A stretch of DNA of 64,000 nucleotides from Acidobacteriota bacterium (GTDB lineage: Bacteria; Acidobacteriota; UBA6911; RPQK01; JAJDTT01), in contig OZ253580.1 of the NCBI GenBank assembly GCA_965263035.1, positions 4,896,001 to 4,960,000 on the forward strand, read 5' to 3'. Below the pieces are notes generated by a model, which saw only the letters and a list, made by a program, of their open reading frames with translations, made no database searches and was not told where the DNA came from. Positions 18,613 to 27,858 of the stretch are shown here, piece after piece; position 1 is the first letter of the stretch; each line of letters begins with the position of its first letter. The translations under genes and the position numbers were made by a program.

Positions 18613-20415
18613 TTACCGGGTCTCCGGTAAGGGTGTCCCGCCGCCGTCCTTGGCAGCAGAAATCTCCGCGTAACGGACGCCCACTTGTCTCCCGCCCATC
18701 TGAAGCACGGCTTCAAGCCGGGCCTCGCCTTCCTCCAGCGGGACGTGATCGAAGGTGAGCTCCATGGCACCGGCACCGAAGGGTTGTTTCCGCTCGAACC
18801 GTTGCACCTTCAACTCCGCCGTCCCGCCGTCCGGGGCCGGCCCGAAGAGGAAACGGATCTGATAGTTTCCCGCGCCGTGGGCACGGATCTCCCAGAATCC
18901 CAGGTCCGAGTCGCCCCAGCCGTCGGGACCCACCATGCGCCAGTCCTGGCGAGTGAGGATGACGGGGTCCTCGTGGGGGGTGCCCACGGCGATCCGGGGC
19001 GGGGCATAGCCTCGGGTGGAGGAGACGTCCCGGAGCCAGTCCGCATAGGCGGAGCGAAGCCGCGCCACGACCTGGGGATGTTCTGCTGAGAGGTTGCGCG
19101 TCTCTCCGGGATCGGCCTCCAGGTCGTACAGCTCGAGGGGATAGTCCTCGAATTTCTCGCCCGGGGGCAGGCCCCGCGTGGGGAAGGCCACCGGCTGGAC
19201 CAGCTTGTACCGCTGCTCGATGGCGGCGAAGTGGCGAAACGGTTGGGGCTCGTTGCCGCGGTGGGACTGGATGAAGAGAGTTCGGCCCTCTGGAGCTTCG
19301 CCGACCCCCTCCAGCCGGGGCATGAGGCTGACTCCGTCGAAGGAGGGCGCTGCGGGGGCCGTGACTCCGGCCGCCTCCAGCAGCGTGGGCATGAGGTCGA
19401 TGTGTGCGGCGGTGCGGTCGTCGGAGCCCGGCTGGAGGCGCGCCGGCCAGCGAAACAGGAAGGGCACCCGGATGCCTCCCTCGTAGACCGTGCCCTTGAG
19501 GCCCCGAAGACCGGCGGTGTAACGCCGGGTGGTGGCTCCGTTGTCGGTCATGAAGATGAGGATCGTGTTCTCCTCCAGTTCCATGCGCTCCAGCCCCTGG
19601 AGCAGTCGGCCCACGTTGTCGTCGATGTTGGTGATCATCCCGTAGATCCGGGCGTCCTTGTCCTCCAGTCCGGCCTCCAGGTAGGACTGGCGGTAGGACT
19701 CGGGAACGTCGTAGGGGGAGTGCGGCGCGTTGGTGGGGATGTAGACGAAGAAGGGGTTCTCCCGATTCCGTTCGATGAAGTCCAGCGCCTCCCGGAAGAA
19801 GATGTCGGTGCAGTAGCCCAGGTACGGTTTGGCCTCTCCGTTGTGCTGCAGGATGGGGTCGAAATAGGAGGTTTCGGGGGGATCGGAAGGCTGTCCGATG
19901 CCTCCGCCCTTGTGGACCACCGACTCCTGAAATCCCTGGTCCATGGCCCGGAGGGGGTAGTTGTCCCCCAGGTGCCACTTGCCGAAGATGCCGGTCCGGT
20001 AACCCGCCTTCGTGAGAGTCTCGGCCAGGGTGACCTCGTCCGAGTGCATCATGGCCCGTCCCACGTACGTGTCGACCACGCCGGTCCGGTAGTTGTAGCG
20101 GCCGGTCATGAGGCTGGCCCGGGTGGGGGCGCAGACGGGAGAGACGTAAAAACGGGTCAGCTCCACACTCTCAGCGGCCAGACGATCCAGGTGGGGAGTT
20201 CGGAGGACGTCGTCGCCATGGCTTCCCAACTGGGCCCAGCCCTGGTCGTCGGTGATGACGACGATGATGTTGGGTCGGCCGGTTTCCTGAGCCGGGGGCG
20301 GCGAACAACCGAACGACAGACAGCCCAACAGGAGCAAGAGCCCGGTTCGAGTTCCGGTCCCGCGGGGGTGACGGCCGACTACGGACGAAAGCGGAGAATT
20401 AGCTGTAGCGGACAT
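18613..20415 (-). CDS. Arylsulfatase (Cys-type formylglycine), probable lipoprotein
   Basis: PNIIVVITDDQG, CAPTRASLMTGR, GKWHLG and TDNG motifs; LSFGC lipobox-like. Confidence 0.92.
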   Translation of the reverse strand: MSATANSPLSSVVGRHPRGTGTRTGLLLLLGCLSFGCSPPPAQETGRPNIIVVITDDQGWAQLGSHGDDVLRTPHLDRLAAESVELTRFYVSPVCAPTRASLMTGRYNYRTGVVDTYVGRAMMHSDEVTLAETLTKAGYRTGIFGKWHLGDNYPLRAMDQGFQESVVHKGGGIGQPSDPPETSYFDPILQHNGEAKPYLGYCTDIFFREALDFIERNRENPFFVYIPTNAPHSPYDVPESYRQSYLEAGLEDKDARIYGMITNIDDNVGRLLQGLERMELEENTILIFMTDNGATTRRYTAGLRGLKGTVYEGGIRVPFLFRWPARLQPGSDDRTAAHIDLMPTLLEAAGVTAPAAPSFDGVSLMPRLEGVGEAPEGRTLFIQSHRGNEPQPFRHFAAIEQRYKLVQPVAFPTRGLPPGEKFEDYPLELYDLEADPGETRNLSAEHPQVVARLRSAYADWLRDVSSTRGYAPPRIAVGTPHEDPVILTRQDWRMVGPDGWGDSDLGFWEIRAHGAGNYQIRFLFGPAPDGGTAELKVQRFERKQPFGAGAMELTFDHVPLEEGEARLEAVLQMGGRQVGVRYAEISAAKDGGGTPLPETR

Positions 20416-22075
20416 GGAGAAGAATCTGCTTCAGGATCAGTTTGCCGCCGGCGCGCGAGCCCCGATTCGCCACGCCGACCTCGAACCGGTTCATCCCCTG
20501 GCGGATCTGGGTGGCTGAGAGCGTCCCGGACCGGAAGGGGACTCCTTTTTCTCCCTCCTTGCGGGGCGGCCGGACCGCTTCCGACACCAGCTCCATGGGA
20601 GCTTGGTTCAGGGTCACCTCCAAGCGTTCGCCTGGCATCAGGTTGTGGACCTCCACTTCGATTCCCACGCCTTTCAACCGTCCTGCCTGCTCGGCCGCGG
20701 CCAGGTCGTCTCCGACCCGCATCTCGACCGCCGTCCGGTCCTGACCGGGACTTCCCGCCAACTCCACCGGCACCTGGCCCGGATAGCTGGCGATGGAGTA
20801 GGGGCCTACGTTGCCCATGACGTCCACCGTCTGAACGTAGTCGATGGCGAAGGTCTTGTCCTGGTAACGGAGCGCGTCGCCGGAGCCGATGTGGTTCAGG
20901 ACCTCGTACCCTTCGGCGGTGGGACGCCCGTAGGAGATCTGGGGCACCTTCCGGTATTGGAAGTTCCAGAGATAGATACCGTCGGCTCCGGCCCAGAGGA
21001 TGTTGGAGGCCGCTCCCCGGAACGCGGAGTCGGAGCCGAACATCTGGGTGCCGCAGTTGATGCAGGGGTAGACGGGAACCTGGTGCTGGTGGCCCAGTTG
21101 GACCAGTTCTTCGGCCGGGTTGGTGAAGGGGACGTAGCCTCCGCCGATGAGGAGGCGGTCCACCAGTCCTTCCTTCAGCCAGGTCTCGATATCGATGCCG
21201 ATGCGGCGGCAGGCGGCCACGGTACCCGGGCTGCGGATTCCCAGCATGAGTGGATGTCCCCGGCGCTCCGACTCCCGGTCCAGGACCTTTCGGGCCGAGC
21301 GGATCAGGTCGGTCATGAGGGGCATTCCCTCCTCCTCCTTGCCCGTCTTGAAGTACCAGGGCATGCGGAAGAAGTTCAGGTCGACGCCGGCAACGTCGTA
21401 TTTTCCCACCGTGTTCCGGATCCACCAGAGCCGGTCCTCCCGGACCTGGGGCACGGCGAAATCCAGGCCCGACCAGATGGCCGCCGCCTGGCTGCTGAAG
21501 ACCGGCCCCTTCATGCTCTCGTCCCCCAGCAGCCATTCCGGGTGCTCCACCTTGAGGGGATAGATCAGCTTGCCCGCCGGCATGCCGTAGGAGTCGTGGG
21601 TGTCGTTCATCCGCAGGGACCCGAAGAGTTCGATCTGCCGGCTGCGGGCGGCTTCCGCCATGACGGGAGTCGGGTCGGAGATGACCGGGTTCAGGGGTTT
21701 GCCCAGTTGCTGGGTCTCCCAGTAGCGGGTCTTGCCTTTGCCGATGGCGATGGCCCACATGATGCACCAGGCGATGCTGTCCACGGGGGTTTCCAGGATG
21801 GGAACGAAACGCTGGGCCAGAAAGGCCTCCACGCTCTTTTCGGCGTCTTCGCTATAGCAGAGGTCTCCGTCATCGTCCAGGATGACGCGCCGCCGGCGCC
21901 AGGCAGCCTGCCGCCGCCGTTCTACGAGCTTCGCCGACTGATTTCCTCCGCAACCAGTCAGCGCTCCGGCAAGAGAGGCGGACAGGGCCAACCCCGTTCC
22001 TCGCAGGAACTGCCGGCGGGAGGGAGACTTGAGGATCGAAGCGTGCTTGGGGTCGCTCGGGGGCCAGTTTGTCAT
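20399..22075 (-). CDS. Tat-exported putative glycoside-hydrolase-like TIM-barrel protein (GHL10/DUF187-like)
   Basis: SRRQFL + LTGC; SLRMNDTH, HPEWLL, LDFAVPQVRE and GADGIYLWNF motifs. Confidence 0.6.
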   Translation of the reverse strand: MTNWPPSDPKHASILKSPSRRQFLRGTGLALSASLAGALTGCGGNQSAKLVERRRQAAWRRRRVILDDDGDLCYSEDAEKSVEAFLAQRFVPILETPVDSIAWCIMWAIAIGKGKTRYWETQQLGKPLNPVISDPTPVMAEAARSRQIELFGSLRMNDTHDSYGMPAGKLIYPLKVEHPEWLLGDESMKGPVFSSQAAAIWSGLDFAVPQVREDRLWWIRNTVGKYDVAGVDLNFFRMPWYFKTGKEEEGMPLMTDLIRSARKVLDRESERRGHPLMLGIRSPGTVAACRRIGIDIETWLKEGLVDRLLIGGGYVPFTNPAEELVQLGHQHQVPVYPCINCGTQMFGSDSAFRGAASNILWAGADGIYLWNFQYRKVPQISYGRPTAEGYEVLNHIGSGDALRYQDKTFAIDYVQTVDVMGNVGPYSIASYPGQVPVELAGSPGQDRTAVEMRVGDDLAAAEQAGRLKGVGIEVEVHNLMPGERLEVTLNQAPMELVSEAVRPPRKEGEKGVPFRSGTLSATQIRQGMNRFEVGVANRGSRAGGKLILKQILLHVRYS

Positions 22076-22153
22076 GTTCCAGAGAATAGCACCTCGAAGT
22101 GCCTGCGACATGACGTTGGTCAGTTCCTGAAGGGGCGACCTATAATCGGACCA

Positions 22154-23047
22154 GTGCGTCTATTCTGCGGCATTTCACTGCTGTCGGTTCTGTTGGGGAG
22201 CCAGACCGCGCCCGCCCGGGAGTTGACCGAGAAATCGATCCGGGAGTTGCGGTTGATGGTGGTGGAGTTCATCAACCAGGACCGGAAAAAGGCCTCGGCT
22301 CCGCCGGCGGCGTACTCGGAAACCCTCTCCAAGTTGGCCGACGAGCATTGCCGGGAGATGCTTCGGGAAGGCTACACCAGCCACTGGAACCGGGCCGGCT
22401 GGAAGCCGTACATGCGCTATTCGCAGGGCGGGGTCACGGATCACACCTCCGAGAACATCTCCAGCCTGAACAGCACCGGTTTCAAGGTGAGCTTCGACTC
22501 CGTGAAGGCCGAGATGACCGCACGCCACGAGGGCCTCATCGGCGAGGAACCGCCGTATGACCAGCACCGCCGAAACATCCTGGACCCCCTCCATACCCAC
22601 GTGGGGATCGGCGTGGCGTACAACAAGGCGGGTCTGCGGATGATCCAGATCTTCGCCAAGCGGTACGTGAGGCTGGAGCCGATTCCCCGGAAGCAGGAGC
22701 CCTCCTCCGCCGTTCAACTGAAGGGCAAGGTGCTCCAGCCCGGGTACGAATTCCAGGCGATTTCGGTCTACTACGAACCCCTGCCTGAAGAGATGTCCCT
22801 GGCCCAGCTCATGGGCACGTATTCCTATGCCTTGCCCGATGACGAGAAGATCTACTGGGTCCGGCTGCCCCTGCGGATGCGGTACGGCGACGGCACCCGG
22901 GGATCGGTCCAGGTCCGCGGCCGGTCCTTCTCCCAGACCATCTCCATCCCCTCCCGTAAGGGGGTCTACACCTTCGTGGTGTGGGTCCAGAAAAAGTCCG
23001 GGGTTCGAGGTGTCACGGCCACCAACGCCACGGTCTTCGTGGAATAG
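22154..23047 (+). CDS. Secreted CAP/SCP-domain protein
   Basis: INQDR, LADEHCREM...GYTSHW, SEN and HRRNILDPLHTHVGIGVA motifs; GTG start estimated. Confidence 0.8.
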   Translation: MRLFCGISLLSVLLGSQTAPARELTEKSIRELRLMVVEFINQDRKKASAPPAAYSETLSKLADEHCREMLREGYTSHWNRAGWKPYMRYSQGGVTDHTSENISSLNSTGFKVSFDSVKAEMTARHEGLIGEEPPYDQHRRNILDPLHTHVGIGVAYNKAGLRMIQIFAKRYVRLEPIPRKQEPSSAVQLKGKVLQPGYEFQAISVYYEPLPEEMSLAQLMGTYSYALPDDEKIYWVRLPLRMRYGDGTRGSVQVRGRSFSQTISIPSRKGVYTFVVWVQKKSGVRGVTATNATVFVE

Positions 23048-23336
23048 CCGAGGCGAGTTCCGGATCGTTGAGTTCTTTCCCGAGATGGTTCTCGCACACA
23101 TGAGGTTTCCTGCGTCGCCGTTCACCGCAAGGATCACCCGCCAGTAGGCAAGCGACCATTGACGGGCTGATCGCCGGACAGCGGCCGTGGAATGCGGAGA
23201 CCTATGTGAGTTCGGAGGGGAACATCGCTGTCATGCTGCATGGAAAGGGCATGATCCGGGTCCAGTATCCGTTTCGGACGGTGAGCAATAAGAGACCCGG
23301 GAGATCGGGAGGACGCCGCAGCTCGCAAACCGATTG

Positions 23337-23371
23337 TACCAACATATCTGTTGCCAACAAATCGGTTGGTA
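23337..23371. promoter_or_regulatory. Tandem palindromic operator-like site upstream of the ATPase pair
   Basis: TACCAACATATCTGTTG-CCAACAAATCGGTTGGTA: two CAAC-N6-GTTG units about 30 nt before the GTG start. Confidence 0.5.
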
Positions 23372-23401
23372 TCTATGGTGGGCTGTGTCGAGGAGCCAGT
23401 C

Positions 23402-24648
23402 GTGAAAGGACTCAAGAAAGCCGGTGGCAACTGGGTCGACGGAGACCGATTTTTCGACCGGGAGGCCGAACTCGAGGCATTGAGTGAACGTGTCGGGGAA
23501 GGAACCCACACTTTGCTGACGGCGCAGCGCCGGATGGGCAAGACGAGCCTGGTGAGGGAACTGCTGCGTCGTCTGGCGGACGAAAGAAAATTCAAACCAT
23601 TTTCGTCGATCTCGAAGGCGCAGACGACTCCGCGGACGCCGTCGCCGAGATTGCAATCCAGGCACGATCAGTCCGGACCGTCTGGAGCCGCATCAGGTCC
23701 GGTTTCGCAAACTTCCTGAAAGGCGTTGGCGATCGGGTCGAAGCATTGGAAGTCGCCGATGTGAAGGTCAGGTTACGCGCCGGAATCGATGCCGGAAACT
23801 GGCGCCAGCGAGGTGATCAGATTTTCACTGCACTTGCATTGAGCGAGAAACCAGTCGTTCCGGCAATCGATGAGTTGCCGATCCTCATCAACAGACTGCT
23901 CAAGGGTCAGGACTACCGGATCACGCCGGAACGGCGGGAGGCAGCAGACCAGTTCTTGAGTTGGCTGCGCAAAAATGGGCAGACCCATCGGGGCGGCGTA
24001 TCCATGATCGTATCGGGCAGCGTCGGTCTCGAACCCATTCTCAAACAAGCTGGTCTCAGCGCGCAGGCGAATATCTTTTCGTCGTTCGAGTTGAAACCCT
24101 GGAGCCAGGACACTTCCGTCAAATGTCTCGACGCATTGGCGTGTATGTACGGTTTGGAACTATCCCGTGAGGTCCGATGCGAGATGTGCCGCCTTCTCCG
24201 ATGCTGCGTGCCCCACCACGTGCAGCAGTTTTTCGGCCATCTTCATGAACAATTGCGCCGGAACAGAAGACATATGGCGACAGTTGCCGATGTCGGCCAT
24301 GTGTATGAGCAGGACCTGCTCAGCGTCGGGGGGCAGATCGATCTGGAGCACTATGAGAGTCGACTGAGGATGATTCTCGGGAGTCAAAGCTACAAGACCG
24401 CCCTCAGCCTATTGACGGAGGCTGCGGTAAACGATGGACTGCTGAAGCGGGAATCGATCGAGAGGTATCGCACCGAACTTTCTTCAGGTCCCGTGGACTC
24501 GGCCTCAATCGACGATGTCCTGTACACCCTGGAGCATGATGGCTATCTGGCCGCCCAACCCGGCGGCTACCGGTTCGTGTCGGGTCTGCTTGAAGACTGG
24601 TGGAAGGCCCGACACGGTGCGTACTTCATTCCGATCAACAAGCGATGA
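23402..24648 (+). pseudogene. P-loop ATPase (AAA/STAND-like) split by a 1-nt frameshift near 23593
   Basis: RFFDREAEL...AQRRMGKTS (Walker A) continues in another frame as TIFVDLEGADD...ALEVADV, directly into ORF 23746-24648 (IDELP Walker B, SGS). Confidence 0.75.
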
Positions 24649-26246
24649 TCGAAACCAAGGGTCGAGTGATGAGAACACCTGCCCCAAAATACAATCCGGG
24701 GTTTCTGACCGACGACGAACTGGTGACATCATTCTGTGTACGGACCAACGAAGTTGAATCGATCATCGAGACCCTGAGCGAGAGCACCGGAAACTCGAAT
24801 CCACACATGATCGTCGTCGGTCCGCGGGGCAGCGGCAAGACTCACCTGTTGCTGCGCGTGGCGGTCGAGATACGGCGCAATTCCAAGTTGGCGAGGTTCT
24901 TTCCCGTTGTATTCGCCGAAGAGAGTTACGAGGTCACGACCTGCGGTGAGTTCTGGTTGGAATGCCTGGGTCGTCTCGCGGATCAGGCACCGCACGCGGA
25001 TGGCGTGGATTTGCACCGTACCTACGAAGACCTGAGATCCAGTCCGGACGACCGCATCTTGGCGGAGCGGTGCCTCGGGGTGCTCCTGGATTTTGCCGAC
25101 CGTCACAGTCAACGCCTGGTGCTGATGGTCGAGAATCTGAACATGTTGTTCGCGGACATGCTCGACCCGGACGCGGGATGGCGGTTGCGAAAGACATTCC
25201 AGACCGAGCCTCGGATTTTTTTTCTGGGTAGCGCCACCAGCCGTTTTGAGGAGATCGACCATCCGGAAAGTGCTCTCTATGCCTTCTTTCGGATGATCAC
25301 GCTGCATGCGCTCGACACGAGTGAGTGCGCAGCCCTTTGGCAGACCGTATCCGGAGAATCTGCTGCCTCGCGGACGATCAGGGCGCTACAGATTCTCACT
25401 GGCGGCAGCCCCCGCTTGCTCACCATCGTCGCTCGGTTCGGGGGGGGGCAATCATTACGTGAACTAATGGTTAACTTGCTCGATCTTGTCGATGATCACA
25501 CGGAGTATTTCAAGAGTCATCTCGACTCATTGCCGGTCCAGGAACGACGCGTGTACCTGGCACTTGCCAGGCTGTGGAAGCCGGCGGCCACGAAGGAAAT
25601 CGCCGACTTGTCCCGGCTCGACACGAACCGTTGCAGCGCTCTGCTCCGGCGTCTCGTCCAGCGCGGTGCAGTGATCATCAAAGGAGGAACCGCCCGGCGC
25701 AGGCAGTACTATGTGGCCGAGCGTCTGTACAACATCTACTACTTGCTCCGTCGAGGCGCCGGAGTATCGTCCACGGTGGAAACTCTGATTCAGTTCATGG
25801 TGTCGTACTATTCGCCCGTCGAGTTGCCGGATGCGGGCGAGGCCTTCGCGGCCGAGGCCGGAGTGACCTATCGCCGGAGAAGAGATGTCGCCCGGTTCAA
25901 GATCGGACCTCCCTCTGACCTTCTGGGGCCCGACTCAGATTCGAAAGACCCCCCGGGACGAGTGGGAATTGTCGGTGAGAATGAGGTCTCAACGCTTCTG
26001 GCGTGCCTTCCAGAGATGCACAGTTTGCCCGAAGGCTGCGTGTCGGTATTTATCCAATTTGCCGCCGTGGCTGGCCCCGCGCGTGCGCTTGATTTGATTC
26101 AAGAATCACTGTCTGCAAACCGATTGCTACCACTGGTCACGGCGTTGGAACAGATGCTTGGCCGGTCGCCCCAGGTCGCGCGGGAGGTCGAAGAGATCGC
26201 GGCTGACATTCGAATGGAACTGGCGGAAACGATGACCCCCACTTGA
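24645..26246 (+). CDS. AAA/STAND-like ATPase with winged-helix region
   Basis: ATGA overlap with the upstream gene; KYNPGFLTDDEL, GPRGSGKT, LMVENL, LTGGSPRLL; HTH-like ATKEIADLSRLDTNRCSALLRRL. Confidence 0.8.
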   Translation: MIETKGRVMRTPAPKYNPGFLTDDELVTSFCVRTNEVESIIETLSESTGNSNPHMIVVGPRGSGKTHLLLRVAVEIRRNSKLARFFPVVFAEESYEVTTCGEFWLECLGRLADQAPHADGVDLHRTYEDLRSSPDDRILAERCLGVLLDFADRHSQRLVLMVENLNMLFADMLDPDAGWRLRKTFQTEPRIFFLGSATSRFEEIDHPESALYAFFRMITLHALDTSECAALWQTVSGESAASRTIRALQILTGGSPRLLTIVARFGGGQSLRELMVNLLDLVDDHTEYFKSHLDSLPVQERRVYLALARLWKPAATKEIADLSRLDTNRCSALLRRLVQRGAVIIKGGTARRRQYYVAERLYNIYYLLRRGAGVSSTVETLIQFMVSYYSPVELPDAGEAFAAEAGVTYRRRRDVARFKIGPPSDLLGPDSDSKDPPGRVGIVGENEVSTLLACLPEMHSLPEGCVSVFIQFAAVAGPARALDLIQESLSANRLLPLVTALEQMLGRSPQVAREVEEIAADIRMELAETMTPT

Positions 26247-26306
26247 CCCCCAGCCGGGAGCTCGCAGCGGGGCGAAATACTTCCAGAGACCGGGAATAGC
26301 GGGCGG

Positions 26307-26347
26307 CGGGCGGTTGTCACGAGGCAACAAGTTGCCTCGACACCCGC
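26307..26347. terminator. Hairpin between convergent genes
   Basis: CGAGGCAAC-AA-GTTGCCTCG (26320-26339) with outer imperfect pairing; no U tract, so it may be a REP-type palindrome. Confidence 0.4.
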
Positions 26348-27820
26348 TCAGGCCAGCGACTGCTCGATCACCTGACCCCGCTGACCGGTGAGGCGCTCTT
26401 CGAGGCCGTGGTAGAAGAAGGTGAGCTTGGTGTGATCCAGGCCCATCAGGTGCAGCACCGTGGCGTGCAGGTCCGAGACGTGGTAGGGGGATTCCACCGC
26501 CTCGAAGCCCAGCTCGTCGGTGGCTCCGATGGCCTGCCCGCCCTTGACCCCGGCGCCGGCCAGCCACATGGTGAACCCGAGCCAGTTGTGGTCGCGTCCC
26601 GGTTTGCCGACGCCCTCGCTGGTGGGGGTCCGCCCGAACTCTCCGCCCCAGATCAGGAGTGTCTCGTCCCAGAGTCCGGTCCGCTTCAGGTCTTCGATCA
26701 GGGCCGCCATGGGCTGGTCGGTCTCGTAGCCGTGGAGGCTGTGGTTCTTGATGCAGTCCACATGGCCGTCCCAGGTGTCCGGGCCGTGCCCGCCTCCCGA
26801 GTAGAGCTGGACGAAACGGACACCCTTCTCGATGAGCCGCCGCGCGATGAGGCACTTGCCGCCGAAGTCGGCGGTGAGACGGTTATTGAGCCCGTACATC
26901 TCCCGGGTCTGCTCGTTCTCCTGTTCCAGGTCCACCACCTCGGAGGCCGTGGTCTGCATCCGGTAAGCCAGTTCGTAGGAATGGATCCGGGCGGCCAGCT
27001 CCGACTCCTGCTCCCGGTTCTTCAGGTGCTTCCGGTTCAGCCGTTGCAGCAGGTTCAGGGAATGGCGCTGGGTCCGCCCGCTGACCTCGTCCGGAGTCGC
27101 CAGGTTCAGGAGTGGACTCCCCTTGCTCCTGAAAAGGGTCCCCTGGAAGGCGGCCGGCATGAAACCGGCGGTCCAGTTGGAGGTCCCTCCGATGGGCCCG
27201 CCGCGGGGATCGGTCATGACCACGAAGCTGGGCAGGTCGTTGCCGAGAGTCCCCAGACCGTAGCTGAGCCAGGAGCCCAGGGAAGGTCTCCCGATGATGA
27301 CGTTGCCCGTGTTCATCTGGATGTTCCCCGAGGCATGGGCCGCCGTGTCCGTGTACAGGGAACGAATGACGCAGAGGTCGTCGGCGAAGCGGGAAAGATG
27401 GGGGTAGACGCTGCTGATCTCCAAGCCGCTCTGGCCGTGTTTCCGGAACTCGAAAGGAGACTGCATGAGGTAGCCGATGGCGCGGTTGTTGGATCCCACC
27501 TTCACCTTCCCCCTGTAAGGGGTGCCGTGGTGCTTGGCCAGGGCCGGCTTGGGGTCGAACAGGTCCACGTGGCTGGGACCGCCGTTCATGAAGAGGAAGA
27601 TGACGTGCTTGGCGCGCGTCGGGAAATGAGGGAGTTTGGGAGCCATGAGCACCGGAGGGGTGCCGTCGGTAGAAGCTCCTTCCAGCCGTCCGAAGAAACC
27701 GTCTGACGAGAGGAGGTCGATGAGGGCCAGCCCGGCGAATCCTCCCCCCGTCTCCCACAGGAACTCTCTTCGGGTCCGGCCACAGGGCGGGTTGTTGGGT
27801 GTGAACCGTTTCGCCTGCAT
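26348..27820 (-). CDS. DUF1501 domain protein
   Basis: TRREFL, GGPSHVDLFDPKP and EFGRTP...GRDH motifs. Confidence 0.9.
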   Translation of the reverse strand: MQAKRFTPNNPPCGRTRREFLWETGGGFAGLALIDLLSSDGFFGRLEGASTDGTPPVLMAPKLPHFPTRAKHVIFLFMNGGPSHVDLFDPKPALAKHHGTPYRGKVKVGSNNRAIGYLMQSPFEFRKHGQSGLEISSVYPHLSRFADDLCVIRSLYTDTAAHASGNIQMNTGNVIIGRPSLGSWLSYGLGTLGNDLPSFVVMTDPRGGPIGGTSNWTAGFMPAAFQGTLFRSKGSPLLNLATPDEVSGRTQRHSLNLLQRLNRKHLKNREQESELAARIHSYELAYRMQTTASEVVDLEQENEQTREMYGLNNRLTADFGGKCLIARRLIEKGVRFVQLYSGGGHGPDTWDGHVDCIKNHSLHGYETDQPMAALIEDLKRTGLWDETLLIWGGEFGRTPTSEGVGKPGRDHNWLGFTMWLAGAGVKGGQAIGATDELGFEAVESPYHVSDLHATVLHLMGLDHTKLTFFYHGLEERLTGQRGQVIEQSLA

Positions 27821-27858
27821 CGTTATTCTCCCGGCTGAGCCGTTCTCTCGGCGCCTCC

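Noticed and set aside
20603-22153. 814-aa ORF suggesting a large CAP fusion
   Set aside because: The N-terminal part is antisense to the gene at 20399-22075; only the last ~297 aa are a CAP protein.
23585-23605. Programmed ribosomal frameshift in ATPase 1
   Set aside because: No canonical slippery heptamer; a single-base loss by mutation or sequencing error is simpler.
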